DNA of 64,000 nt from Paraphysomonas bandaiensis (GCA_965644295.1 CBFFRP010000423.1:1-64000), one strand, 5' to 3'. Shown: positions 24,657-40,972, counted from the stretch's first letter. Notes: generated by a model from the letters alone, not told the origin. Program-made: numbers and translations.

Positions 24657-26383
24657 ATGATTACATCACTATCATGGATACCACGTGGTGCAGCAAGATC
24701 AAGACCTGTACGATATGAATTATCACAAGAAGAATATATCCGTGTGAAACAATTAGCATCACAAGAGGAGAATGAATTAAATGATGAGGAAGAATATACA
24801 TCAAATGCTGTGATAGCAGAAGAAATGAATGATGAGGATGTGGATACAAGTGATTTACCAGCAGAATTACGTATGGATGAATATGATAATGATGATTATG
24901 ATATGAATGAAGGGAGTGATGATGATCAAGGATTTGAGGTCATGCCTGAAGGGAATGCTGCTATTGCATTAGACACTGATTCAGAAGATGAAGATGCAGA
25001 AGATGATGAAATTCGTCCAACAGATACTCTTATGGCTGTTGCAATTACTGAGGATGAGTATAGTCATATGGAGATTCATTTACTTACAGATGATGGAAAC
25101 TTATATGTTCATCATGATATTACGTTGCCGGAATTTCCACTGTGTGTTTCATGGCTGGATTGTCCTCCTCACCAAAATAACGGCGGCCAGTCTACTGTTG
25201 GAAACTATATTGCGGTTGGCACATTTGACCCTGCAATTGAGATTTGGAACCTGGATGTATTAGACCCTCTTGAACCAACAGCAACACTAGGTAACACGTG
25301 AAGCCTGGTATATGACGTTATGTAATCTCTGTGTGCTATCTGATATATATTATCTTGGTTTGTACGTAGTCTCAGTCATTACAATTAGGTGGCAAGAGCA
25401 CCACGAAGAAGAAAAAAGGTAAGAAGAGTGCACCCGCCTTTAGGCCGGGCAGCCATACTGAAGGCGTAATGGGGCTCAGTTGGAACCGCTCCTACCGCCA
25501 GGCACTTGCCAGTGGCTCGGCAGACAATAGTGTAAAGATATGGGATGTGACTACTCAAAATTGCTCCCATACATTTACTCATCATAAAGATAAGGTGTGT
25601 GAATTTGAGGAGAACGTAGTATGAATCACTAAAAATATTTGTATTGCACAGGTGCAATCTGTTCAGTGGCATGCCCAAGAAGCATGGCTTTTGGCTACGG
25701 GATCGTTTGACCGCTCGATGTGTGTCGTTGACTGTCGTACAGGTGGCACTCCAATTTCTGTTCCCTTATCAGCTGATGTAGAAAGCATAATGTGGGACCC
25801 CTTTAACCAGCATCATCTGCTGTGCTCCATGGAAAATGGGCGTGTGCTGTGTGCGGATGTTCGTAAGATGTCCACGTCCTGCCCGGCTTCCGCTATTGTG
25901 TACGACTTCCAAGCACATGATGAGACCGTCACAGGCATAACAGCTAGTTATGCTGTTCCAGGTTTGTTTGCCACTAGTTCGGTTGACCAAACCATTCGTA
26001 TATGGGACTTACATGCTCCAGGGGGTCAACCCAAAATGGTGTCATATAAAACAATGAACGTGGGTCAGCTCTTTGCCATTGACTTTTGTCGTGACGAGCC
26101 TTTTATGATGTGCTCCGGTGGTGATGCCGGCATGGTTGCTGTGTGGGACTGTGATGAGCAGCAGGTTATCAAGTCTTATTTTTCTGACCGACAAGTGGCT
26201 TCTATTCCCTCTGACTATGCCGGAATCTCTAGTGTTGCTCATGAAACTCAGTCCACGGATGAACCAATGACATGTTCTGAGCCAGTGGAATCAATGGAAG
26301 TCAGCAATACAATGTCATCGATGGATACGAACAATAGTGAAAAGAAGAAGAAAAAGAAGAAGTCGAAAAAGCACGGCGTTTAA
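24657..26383 (+). CDS. PWP1: Periodic tryptophan protein 1 (WD40, ribosome biogenesis), 3 exons
   Basis: MITSLSWIPRGAA, an acidic region, NLYVHHDITLPEFPLC, GNYIAVGTFDPAIEIWNLD, WD repeats and a Lys-rich C-terminus. Introns at ~25291-25388 and ~25595-25651. Confidence 0.92.
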
Positions 26384-27032
26384 GAGTAAACAGAGTTCAG
26401 TTACGAATAGTGGACAGCATGTAATTTTCTGCAAACCAACAGTTAGTGCTTTTTACGACCTAGCAGTTGGTACAAAATGACTTATTAGTAAATGCACTAT
26501 AACTACTTTAATTTATCTTTACAGAAATTATTGTGCCCTACGTTTATATGGAGTGTCGCCTGTTACACTTAACTTAACCTTTCCTACACATAAACCTTAA
26601 ACTTGATTTTTGCACACGACGTACTTGAAGTTCCAATAAATCGCCTAATATGTATATATAAACTGCGGACATGAGCATATAATAATGATTTTCATCAACA
26701 TACAACACATATACATTATACAAATTTCCTACTGAAATATAAACAGTGATGCTGCTGTGTGCTTATCACTTATCACTATAGTAGTAACCATCATGCTGTA
26801 AGGTAGTATTCTCCTATCCTCTGTAGAAATAATAATCCAGTTTTTGGTTCTTAATAATTACCTTTCGTGCACAATAACTTTATGAAACATTAGTAGTTAC
26901 GATTCCATCATAACGTACCCAAACAGAAGACATACACGTTGGAAAAACTCTAGCGCAAATACAAGGAAATATAACACTTTTGTTAATTGGGAGTTAGAAT
27001 AATACAAAAAAACAATGGAACTTCTATTTGAA

Positions 27033-30340
<3,308 letters not shown>

Positions 30341-31037
30341 TGTAATGAATGTATTCTACTGTATCAGATGATTGTGATATGAGAATATGGTAAGATTATT
30401 ATATTGAAATCATATTTATATTGTTTCATGTGATGTTCATCTTATAGAAGTGTCGTTAGCAGTATAGATGAGCGAGATGGTTAGTATAATATGAGAATTC
30501 TAGTAGAGATAGATGCATATATATACACACACACATACAGAGTGGTCTTCATATTACAAGATCTGCTATTATTAGCCTATGATATAAGTTTACTTGTATA
30601 TGATTGGGTAATATGAACGGGGGGGTACTTAATGGAGGTACGTGTGGTCGGATCGGTATGTTCTGCTGTACCTAAATGTACTACTCTACAGAACAAATAG
30701 TACTGTTGTACCATATGGTCTTATGTATACTCCATTGCAATGTACTGATGTACTCATACACATCGTACTAATATACACTCTATTGCCCTGCAAGAAGACT
30801 ATGACAACAGCAGTGTGTTCTACGAGTAGATAAGTACGTAACTCACAATCGATGCATATATAGCAGCATATGCATTCCAGTTAAGTTCATATATTCATGC
30901 CATTATTGTAGATACCAAACCATGCAAACCTAGAAGACAATAGATACATAGTAAGTGGTTCATAAGATACACACACAACACATCAGTATTGTATTATTAT
31001 CGCCAGAGAGTAATATATCCTGCAGTTAACTGAGAAT

Positions 31038-31708
31038 ATGTCTGGCTATCACAAACGCCGTAAGTCTACTGATAGTGATACCAGTTCCACGAATGAAAAT
31101 GAGCTCAATGACAATGTATCAGTCGTTAGTGAATCGTTTCGTGACAGCAATTTACGTATGCATCAACCGATTCAAGATGAAAATTACATATGCGGCTATC
31201 TTCTAAAGAAATCACAAGATGGTGTGTGGCAGAAGAGATTTTTTGAAACAAATAGCACGTTCCTAACATACTACAAATCTAAGAAGCGTACAAAATTACT
31301 GGCAGCGCTAAATATGCCTAATGTCGGACAAATAACTCTGGTAGGGTATTGTATCTTCGTACATGTAAAAGCGCTATTTTAAAGTTTGAAAATGTGTAGG
31401 TTGGAAACACTTCGGACAGCCTTGGTGACGGAGTTGTGTTCCAATTAGAACTCAAAGATCGCAATTATATTCTGCGATCTCCCGATCTCGCTGATGCGCA
31501 GAGGTGGATGATCGGACTGCAAAAGCTACGTGATGCTGCTAAGGCCCAAACCATAATAGAAGAACCAGCTGGTATGGATGAAAGTCGAGGCAGTACACCA
31601 GTGAAGCCTGCCTCTTCTTCTGGTCCAGCAGAAGTAGAATCCGCCCCACGTGGAGATTGGGGAAAGCAGGAAAAGAAATCTGGATGCGGGTCCTGTGTAA
31701 TACTCTAG
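31038..31708 (+). CDS. PH-domain protein with C-terminal CaaX motif, 2 exons
   Basis: CGYLLKKSQDGVWQKRFF...YYKS...FQLELKDRNYILRSPDLADAQRWM. Intron at ~31341-31399. Ends KKSGCGSCVIL*. Confidence 0.85.
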
Positions 31709-32479
31709 GATTATCTAGTAGGAGTATTTGCTGTTTTCCTTATATTATAATGGGCACTGCAATTGAATTTACGTTTTCTCAATAGCTATAGTTAAGCGTG
31801 TTTGTACTGCTATTGAACGATGTCGAAGTAGATAGTCGTTTTTCTGTATCGAATTGAACACGTGAAATTCACATTTAGCACAATGCTAAGAAAACGACAA
31901 GATGAATGTTGAATTATAATTATTAACGTACAATGTGAATAATATGCTATATCTGTAAAACATAGTAGGTATCGAAATGTAGTAGAAGACATGGAACTGT
32001 ATCATAGTCTATAGTCTAATATGATATATCAGGTTGATGATTTTCATTGTTTGTTGTATATTCCGCATTGTTGCTGAGAATAACATGAGTGTGTTAGTCT
32101 GTTAGAATAAACAGCGTATACACAACGCTGAATAAAACAACACCATTGCTAGGAGTACTTAAACCAATAGTTTAACAACCATATACTCGGTCACGCATCG
32201 TATATAATGTAATTTCAGTCATTGCATATACAATGTTCCATTAATACTATTCGACATTATTGTCTGCTCGAATTAATATTCCATCATACTTCCCGTCAGC
32301 CACACTTTACAATTTAGTACCTCCATTCCTTAATGGTACAATAATTCATACAATAACGATACTATGGAGTGGCGAAAGGTAAATATTACTTATGAAATTG
32401 TTCATTCGAACGAGAACTGGCGTATACTACATCACGAATTTACATACTATGTAGACCCTCAGACTACCACCCTCTCTTT

Positions 32480-33135
32480 CTAGTTTACATGATACATGTG
32501 CTCAAAGTTGGGTAGTACACGAGGCTGGCCGGGTTGAGAGCATTGCGCATCGATTAGAGCATTCAACATTTGTGTCAAAATCCGGTCAGCCACGTCCTTG
32601 TTTCCAGTGCGCAACCATAACTCAAGCTTAACGGGAACCTCACCGATGTCATTAACGATTCGGCAACCACATATTTCGTCTCTTTCATCTATAGTCTCAC
32701 CAACAAGTCCGTAGACAAGGTTCTCCCAGTACGCAACAACAGTTTCAAATCTTCGTGAGTGTCTACATATCCACCTAGACCCAGTGGAATTAGCAGGGTC
32801 TTCCCATTCTGGCTTTATTCCTTTCTTAAACAAACAAAAACCTTTAATGATTCGACCATCGATTTCTTTCTTTATATGTCCATTATTAAACACTTCACTA
32901 TAGACAGCACATGAGAGATGTCATGGATGGATAAGATATTACCTTGGTCGAGGTATTAATAACCAACACTTCCAAAAATCTTCAACTGTTTCAAACTCAT
33001 ATAATTCCTTATTATCTATAGTAGAACTAGTTTGCTATGAGTAATGATTAATATGAAGAGTGTGTGTGTTGATATATACAATACCGTGATACTACTCTCC
33101 CATAGCACCCACTTATTCTCTAATTGATGAATCAT
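32480..33135 (-). CDS. eIF4E: Eukaryotic translation initiation factor 4E family member (divergent), 3 exons
   Basis: MIHQLENKWVLW, FETVEDFW, CLFKKGIKPEWEDPANSTGSRW, WENLVYGLVGE, ICGCRIV and KLELWLR. Confidence 0.88.
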
Positions 33136-33324
33136 TATAATTGAATGAGATTATATTTTACTTGTCTCTTCATATCTCTTATGTGATAGATGTAGCTATG
33201 ATACAGTTGTATGATATGATAGCTAAGATTGAGGCGAGGCACCAGGTCAAAGCTTGGACTAGGAATCTTCGTATCTATCTATCCACTAGATATACACATA
33301 CTGCTGCTGGCTGTATAGAGTTTG

Positions 33325-33447
33325 CGGAAGTGAATTGAAGCCAATATTCTCTATATTCCATCAATACAACTACGGCTAGAATACAGATAATTATTGTTTC
33401 AATATTAGAGGCATCTTTGAACAAAAATATTCGAAGGATGCCGACAC
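33325..33447 (+). mobile_element. MITE-like repeat, partial copy 2
   Basis: Shares AATTGAAGC...CAACTACGGCT...CAATATTAGAGGCAT...GGATGCCGA with the 33623 copy. Confidence 0.7.
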
Positions 33448-33622
33448 AGCGCACTTGTGATATAAACGCGGTTTCTATATTGCTATTGCACTATATATCG
33501 CGATTTTCTTTCAGAAACCACATAATCTAAACTATAAAAACCGTGTTTTGCGTCCTTGTTGTCGTATCTACAGTATACTGGTATACCTATAGCCGTATAG
33601 CGTAGAAATGAAGGGGTAAAAT

Positions 33623-33777
33623 ATCGTATCGGCAGTCAGTATCTTATTTTTCGGAAATAAATTGAAGCAAATAGCTTCTATATTACTGCAATACAACTAC
33701 GGCTGGAATACAGAGAATTGCTGTCTCAATATATGAGGCATTTTTGAACAAAAATACACAAAGGATGCCGATACGAT
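33623..33777 (+). mobile_element. 155-bp MITE-like repeat, full copy 3, with 12-bp TIR
   Basis: Ends ATCGTATCGGCA and TGCCGATACGAT are perfect reverse complements. Confidence 0.8.
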
Positions 33778-34000
33778 GTACTGCATGTATGTACGTATGT
33801 ACTGCTCTAGGTAGGTACTATAGATATATACTGTAGATAGGTACATATAGACCAACGGCTATACACATCTAGACATGCTCCTGATGTGCTACTTGAGCAG
33901 TGGGTTGATCTGCATATACATGCAACTCTATTCACATCTACACACAATATAGAAACAACTCTATCATCTATTAACTACACTATACTCACCTAATCTCCTC

Positions 34001-35116
34001 ATGCCAATATCACAACGTAAAGGTAAACGTAATTCTATTGAAGATGCAAAGAAATCAGCACGTCAAGCATATCAAAGTCGTATAAATACACAAACGAAGA
34101 AACTCATACAAACTAACGACAGTCCATATAGTGATACGGATTCATATGATTATACTGATATAGATCGTATTGCATGTATTGGTGAACCTTCTACACCTAC
34201 ATTACCAAAACGTTTTAATAGAGATACGAAATATATGACTGTAGAAGATGATCAGAGTGATGAGATATATAAACAGAGTATACAAGCGAGATATGAACAT
34301 GCCTCTTGTGAAGAATCTTGTAAAAGATCCTCAGAAGATATATCACCGATATCACCTCTTCAATCACGTGCTCATGTTACTCACCAGTTACCCTCCGGAC
34401 GTTCATATGGTAAGGTAAAGGTAACATGGGGTACCGTCATGTGTTCGCTACTGTCTGGATTTTGTGTGGGTCTGCTTTGGAATGAGTATGGAATGTCCGC
34501 TTATGATAAAGTTATTGAGAAGACTCAGAGAAGTGTGCGCGTAATATTTTTATTTCTTGTGAGCACAGTCGTAATTTTGCTGACGATATATGCCGTTGTC
34601 AAGTTTGTACAGCACCGTTCGGCAAAGATTCGCAGGTCAGTACACATGCTGTAAATATCCTATGCTGTATCACCGTTCGATAGACGCACAGAAATGGTTA
34701 ACGACCTTGCGCAAATTGCAAAACGGTTATTGAAAGGGAGACAGGTAAGTCCTAAAGCCTTCATTATACCTTCGTATTAATCGCTTCACCTCACTCTATA
34801 GCAACATAAGAAAGGCCCATATCCATCGGATTACCTTATGGAAGCAGTTTCTGAATTCATTCCTAAGGAATATGCACCTGAACTGAAGATTGGTAATGTG
34901 GTCAATCGCTCGGCTATGCGAAAGATATGGGATTTGGTGGACAAAGAAATTTGCTCTGACTGCAGAGTCAAAGCAGTGAAATTCGAGTACGAGGGGAGAC
35001 AATGCAGGTGCTTGGTAATAGAGGGGTCCATACAAAGTGATAATGAAGTATTCGTCGAAACCGGTACACATTCAAGTGTCCCAGCAGAAGCAGTGGGGCA
35101 AATAAATATGCTTTAG
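34001..35116 (+). CDS. Two-TM membrane protein with a possible Man1/Src1 C-terminal (MSC)-like domain, 3 exons
   Basis: Basic/disordered N-terminus, two hydrophobic helices, then exons giving GPYPSDYL...KIWDLVDKEICSDCRVKAVKFEYEG, reminiscent of the MSC winged helix. The family call is tentative. Confidence 0.5.
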
Positions 35117-35716
35117 GGTCTGTGGTACAGAAGAATTGTTTTTATAGTGGGTCGAACGAGCGAAATACAAAAACATTACGTAAATAAATATATGCACAGT
35201 GCTAATACTTATTTCTGAAAGGATGAAATTGTCTGTAACATATAGAATGTAGATTATCACTGGGAAGCAATGACATCATTGTTGGTCTTCCGGCCATATT
35301 GGGTAGCCTGTGGGAGTATTTTTTGTATTTGCTAAAAGGAAGGGCTGCAAATGAAGTAAATTATATGGTTGAGATGCAGGCAAAGGAAGAATATTGTGAA
35401 GAGCACGCTATATATCGTCATACTTGCAGTAGAGTTCAACCATTTATGGCTCCTAACATATTGTAATACTATTACATATCAGCAATGAATTGATCCTAAA
35501 ATCTAAAATATAGACTACATACAGAATGTTCTAATTTTTTGATTTTGCCAAAAAAACAGTTAACTATCTAGTATGATGGTTTTGGCTTTATGATATACTG
35601 TGCAAAAGTTGAAAATAACTTATAACTTATATCAGGAAAGGTTGAATTTTGGTCACGAAGGAAATAATATGACCTTTTTCTGATATATTAGTATTCACAT
35701 ACGAGATTGTCATATA

Positions 35717-37250
35717 TTGAAAGTCTTACTATTAGCAGTAGGCGTTAAAACCCTGCACCAACTTAGTAGCTAGATGAATGCTAGACAAACTAGTTAGACC
35801 TCTACCTGTAACTAATTAGTACACACTTTTTTATCCTACTATTTAACGCTACGAAAGCTGCTTGTGCGTCGCCGCAATCACCAAGGTGCGACCACTTCCG
35901 CTCTGAGTTCTTGAGGTGAGCATCCCGGATACTTGACTTCAGCAGGCAGCCCAATCCCCCGGTTAACCTTCAGGTGGGCCCTGTTCCAGATGTCCTTGAG
36001 GTGGGCCCATTCCCGGATGCCTGTCTATTCGTCAGGGCCCAAAGACGTCTACACAAGTGACACTTATTGGCGTCCCTTGTGCCACACAAACATTCGGCTA
36101 TGAGTGGGCAAAATAATATCTATATTGAACGTCTTATTATTTAGCAATAGGTGTTAAAAACCGGCACCAATGTAGGGGCTAGTTGAGTGCTAGACATACT
36201 ATTTAGACCTCTACCAATAACTAATCAGTACAAATTCTATTATCCTACTATTAGCGCTACAGAAGCTGCTTGTGCGTCGCCGCAAGCACCAAGGTGCGAC
36301 CACTTCCTTTCTTAATGTTAATTGTGAGTTTCTTCATGATCGTGTGTCCTAGTACTCACTGGCGCGTGTTATCAGGGGGTCTACTCTTGGGATGAGATTC
36401 CACCAGGCTCTGAGGTACAGGGTTCTGTATTAAGGTCCTGAGTGTACCGAGTGCTAGATGTGTGTGCTGAGAGGTGGGTGGTGAGGTGGAATGTGGCGTT
36501 GTCTCAGTGCACCGCTTGGGCCTCGGGTATAGGTAGACTTGCCGGAGACTGCGTCGTTATCGAGGGCGTGAAGGTTCCATCCGGAACGGTGATATGTTCC
36601 TGTGTGTATGAGTGGTGGGGTTTGTGTGTACGATGGGCGGTGGTCCAGTCTCGGGTCGCCTGTGGACTCGTAGTAATCGTAGCACCCTTGGGCGTTTCCA
36701 TTGCTGTCTACTTTTTTGACGCGGTTGCGGGAGTAGTCTAGGGGGTCCTTTGTGTAGGGTAATGTATCGTCGACTTCGATCTTGGATCATGAGCTTTGCT
36801 GCAGCAAAAAGAGGCAGAAGCAGGCTGATGACCGCTGCCTCAAGGTTGCGCAGCCCTTCAGGTGTCAGGGACTCTTGAATGTGATCTCCAAAAACCATAT
36901 CGAGTTGTGCTGTGTGGTGATGGTGCCTGTCCAGAATCTCTCCACCTGCGGGATGAATGGGCTGCTGTAGCGCATTGGTGGTCCAGTGGGGTAGACCCTG
37001 ATTTCTCAGCACCTCTTGAAGCGCGTTTTTGTGGCTGTGAAAGGCAGTGATGGTGTCATGTGTGCACTCTAGACACATGTGTTTGACGAGTGAGTCTAGT
37101 CGAAAGCCGCAGTCAGAACATGTGGCTTTGGCCATGTCGAGACCTTGTTTGGTTTATCTGCTAACTGTGTTTGCTGCTCACGTTAGTTTCCCAGAGAGAA
37201 TCTCTCCGGTACTTATCCCCCAGAACACCACGAAAAGATGCGAGTCCAAC
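35717..37250 (-). mobile_element. Second SINE-like copy, split by a nested LINE fragment
   Basis: Head at 37155-37250, body at ~35900-36121 and tail at 35717-35900. The head and body are contiguous in the 20.3-kb copy. Confidence 0.7.
36122..37154 (-). mobile_element. 5'-truncated non-LTR retrotransposon (ORF2 C-terminus with CCHC knuckle plus 3' tail)
   Basis: ORF 36557-37135 has CSDC...DSLVKHMCLEC, as in L1-type ORF2 C-termini. A frameshifted continuation reaches PKSRPPD. The tail at 36122-36310 matches 35717-35900. Flanked by TATCT at 36117-36121 and 37155-37159. Confidence 0.7.
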
Positions 37251-37533
37251 TTTGTTGAGGGTACGAGATTGCCATGATATAAGACAATTACCATGAAGAA
37301 TGTAAAAGCTGTAGTGGAGAGTGGGCCGTGGAGGGAATTCTAATAAAATGAACTGTAATGGAGTCACATGAACCGCGTTATTGCGACCCAAAACTTTGAC
37401 TGTTTACTATGTGACACATGACTATTGTGTATTACAAATACGATATAAACAGCATTCACTGTTGACTGTATTGTTTATTACATGAAGTACACAACACAAT
37501 GTCCGATGTTTTAATTCGTCATGTTAACACAGA

Positions 37534-40500
37534 CTACCCCAAGCGAATCCACTTTGCATGTGATGGTGTAAAGTTATTCACAACAAACAACATATGGTAC
37601 CCTTGGAGTAAAACAGTTGCATCTCGAGGGGCTCGTAAAGTTATGGAAGTAGATGTTTGTGATAAGATCGTAGGGTAGTATAGTCGTTGCGACATTTCCG
37701 TGCCGTGAGTACTAGCTTGTGGCGTTAGTATAGATACTTTCGTCACTGGACCAGTGAACTCCACAGTGAATACACTCCCATACGCAATAACGCCGGTCGG
37801 AACACTGCAACACACACCACAACATTATATCAGTAAGCGTACATATTCTCTACTGCGTACACTTTGCACCATAATAATCTCAAATGCATCTACATCACAA
37901 GGTTATCCCCCACCTTTGAATTTCAGGACGTTCGGTGCCATCCAGTAACCAGGGTGGCGTGAAAGCTTCAACAACATGACTATAAGCTGTTTCGTCTTTG
38001 AAAAACGTTGCTTGATCTGTGCCAAGCACGAGTACTCGCCCATCAGGAATGAGCATCGTGTTTGAGTGATAAAAACGTTGAAACGGTGTACTGGCTAGTA
38101 CAGAAAAACGTTGACCATCTGGTGCATCAGGGTTATACGCAAACACATCTGCCACAAACTTTATTCGAGAATCATATCATAAGCAAATAACCTACCATTG
38201 GCGGCACCGTGTAACAAAGGAAAGCCAATGGATCCACCTGTCCGTCCTTTACGCCCCCCGTTAAACAAAAGTAAATGTCCACTGGGATAAAGTACGCAAT
38301 CAGATACGACACGGCCGTATGGCATCCATCCATTATCGTAGGTCCATTTCTTTTGACCTATTGGATCAGTAAGAACAAGACGAGCCACATCTCGAAGAGC
38401 AGTTTCGTTCTGAACACTTTCAACTCCGCCAAATATAATCTGTTCTGCTTTGACGAAACCGTTGGAATCTTCTCTGAGGGGTAATAGACATCCACCACCA
38501 GGATAATCTCCCGAACGAATGCCGTGCACTAGATTATCTCCATTAGGCGTCCATTGCTCGCGGTCGAGCTCAGCACCAGTGTCCTTGTCTATAATAGCGA
38601 AGTGGCTTCGGGAAAATATGAAGACATGACCAGTTTGCGGAATAAGCTGTGCAAATGGGTAGCCAACAGTACCTGTCTCCCGAAGAAGACGAGATTGCAC
38701 AAATTTCGTCGCCGCCTTTGTGGGATCGAACAGTTCCATATTCTTCTGTGCTCCAAACGATACACCATCAATCATTCCACCTATAATCCAATATGTACCA
38801 GCAGTTGTCCGAACAATAGTTGGGTACCATCGGGTCTGTTGAAGTTTAGTGTTGATTATAGTCCACGTGTTCGTGACATGGTCGTAGTATCGAATATTTT
38901 TAAGTCCATTTTTGAGACCGACACTGGCATCTCTGTTCATATCGGGGCCATTGTCACCACCGGCAGTAAACAAGCGTCCATCCTCGGCGAGTACAGCAGC
39001 ATGACAGAATATATTATCATCAACTTGACTAGGGATTGACGTCTCGGTTAATGGGTTATACAATGCAGCAATTTCACCATAAGGAACTCGTGCAGCACGA
39101 ATAGGGTCCGGTGAAATGTTGTCTGGATTTGGCCCCCCACGGTCATACTCCGGACGAGCTCCAAATAATACTTTGCCATCAATTAATAAGTTTGCTGCAA
39201 TCGCCACAATTCCAGCATTCCCCTTACCATCTGCCCCGTCAAGAACATCAAAACGACCCAGTGATGCAGGGCTGTGATTTGGAGGAGGGGGATCGGAACG
39301 AAACCCAAGAGTTTCTGAATAAGCAGTCTTCAGCTTTCTTAGGGTACATTCAATGGCATTTTTGTTCCTCATATTCATGTCGACATACTGACATGAGGCT
39401 GTATTCTCACACATACTGATACACGCCTCACGTGTGGACACTGTAGCTACTTGTACGACGCTAATTCCACCATTACGTAGATATCCAAATAAATACCCCG
39501 AGTTTTGACCCTTGAAAGCCATCTCCATGTATGCAGCCTTATCAGAATACTTGATGTTACACCTACCGGAGTTAGAGTTGTATGTAAAGAAATCACACCC
39601 CACGTCACACGTATTCTCGCATGCAGTAAGAGAGCTCTGTGTCGATGACCCTATCGTTCCAACTGAATTATCTCCAAATGTATACCCTGGGAGATAGTTC
39701 CATGATGATGGCACAACGGGTGGCTGAGTTACAGGTTTAGCAGTTGGATTGGGGGTAGGAAATAACGTGGGCACAGGGGCACGAGTAGGATTGGACACAG
39801 GAGAGAGAGTTGGGCTTCGTGTAGGAGTTGGAACTGGGGCAACTGTGGCTCGTACTTTACGGCACTGAGAGTACCATTCGCTTATAAAGACGCACTCGAG
39901 CCCAGTGTCGCATTCCGTGACTCCAGTATACTTCCGCCCACCACACTGGTCGTATATATCTTGTTTCGGTCCTGAACCCGCTAAACACACACGTGGTAAA
40001 CATATATTACATGAGCAAGGGTATAAATAACAGTCACCAATAAAGCTCACTTACGTGTAGGGTGTGTAGTAAGATCCATGGGTGCTGCAGTCGGAGAATG
40101 ACTAGGGGCAGGCGTCGGTGCTATGGACGGAGCGACAGAGGGGGAAGGTGTGGGAGATAATGTCGGCGATTTAGTCGTAACAGGTTCAAGTGTAGGAGCC
40201 GAAGTCGTGGGATTCTTTACAGGAGCATAGGTTGGCGTTTCAGTTGGTAAGCGAGTAGGTTTAGCTGTTGGAATGGGTGTCGGTGGCGCAGTAGCAGTTG
40301 GTTCGATCAAGGGAGCAGGTGTCGGTGCTATAGTTGGCGGAGCGGGTTTACACTGAGACCACCAAATATTTCCATACACACATATTGTCCCAGGCTCACA
40401 TACAGTAGAACCTGTATACTTTTTTCCTCCACACTGTTCCCACACAGACTTCATTGGGCCACTTGGCACTGTTTATGAATCTAAGGAATACAACAGATCT

Positions 40501-40972
40501 TTTTTATATTCGTACCTGTGGGTTTCATAGTTGGTTGCATTGTTGTCGTTGGTGCAACAGGTGCAGTTGTAGGTTTTGCTGTGGGATGTACAGTCGGAAA
40601 TAATGTTGGAACTGGACTCTCCACAGCAACTGGTTTCATTGATGGAGCCGAGGTTACAGCAACAGGAGAAGGTGTGGGCTTTAAAGTTGGTCGTAACGTT
40701 GGCATATCTGTAGATACAACAGGAGCAGAAGTTGATACAACAGGAGCAGAAGTTGATACAACAGGTGATGGTGTTGGTGCTGATGTAGGAGGGGGTTTAA
40801 GACACTGTGAGTACCATGGATTAAAAAATATACATACAAAGGAGCTTTCACACTGTATATCTCCTCTATAGTTCAGTCCCCCACACTGTGCATATTCAGG
40901 TCGTAATGCATGTATTAAATTATAACATAACAACACTGAATACAATACTATGAATGTATTTATATGATACAT
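37534..40972 (-). CDS. Secreted copper radical oxidase (glyoxal/galactose oxidase, CAZy AA5) with three CBM1 domains, PT linkers and PAN/apple-like modules
   Basis: Signal peptide, then three QCGG..Y.G...C.....C....W[YW]SQC motifs. Catalytic set IFCHA (Cys), RWYPT (Tyr), RFYHS (Tyr/His) and STHG (His). C-terminal Ig-like domain ending [18 protein letters not shown]. Introns at 40469-40515 and 39981-40054, plus others near 38.2 and 37.8-37.9 kb. Confidence 0.9.
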
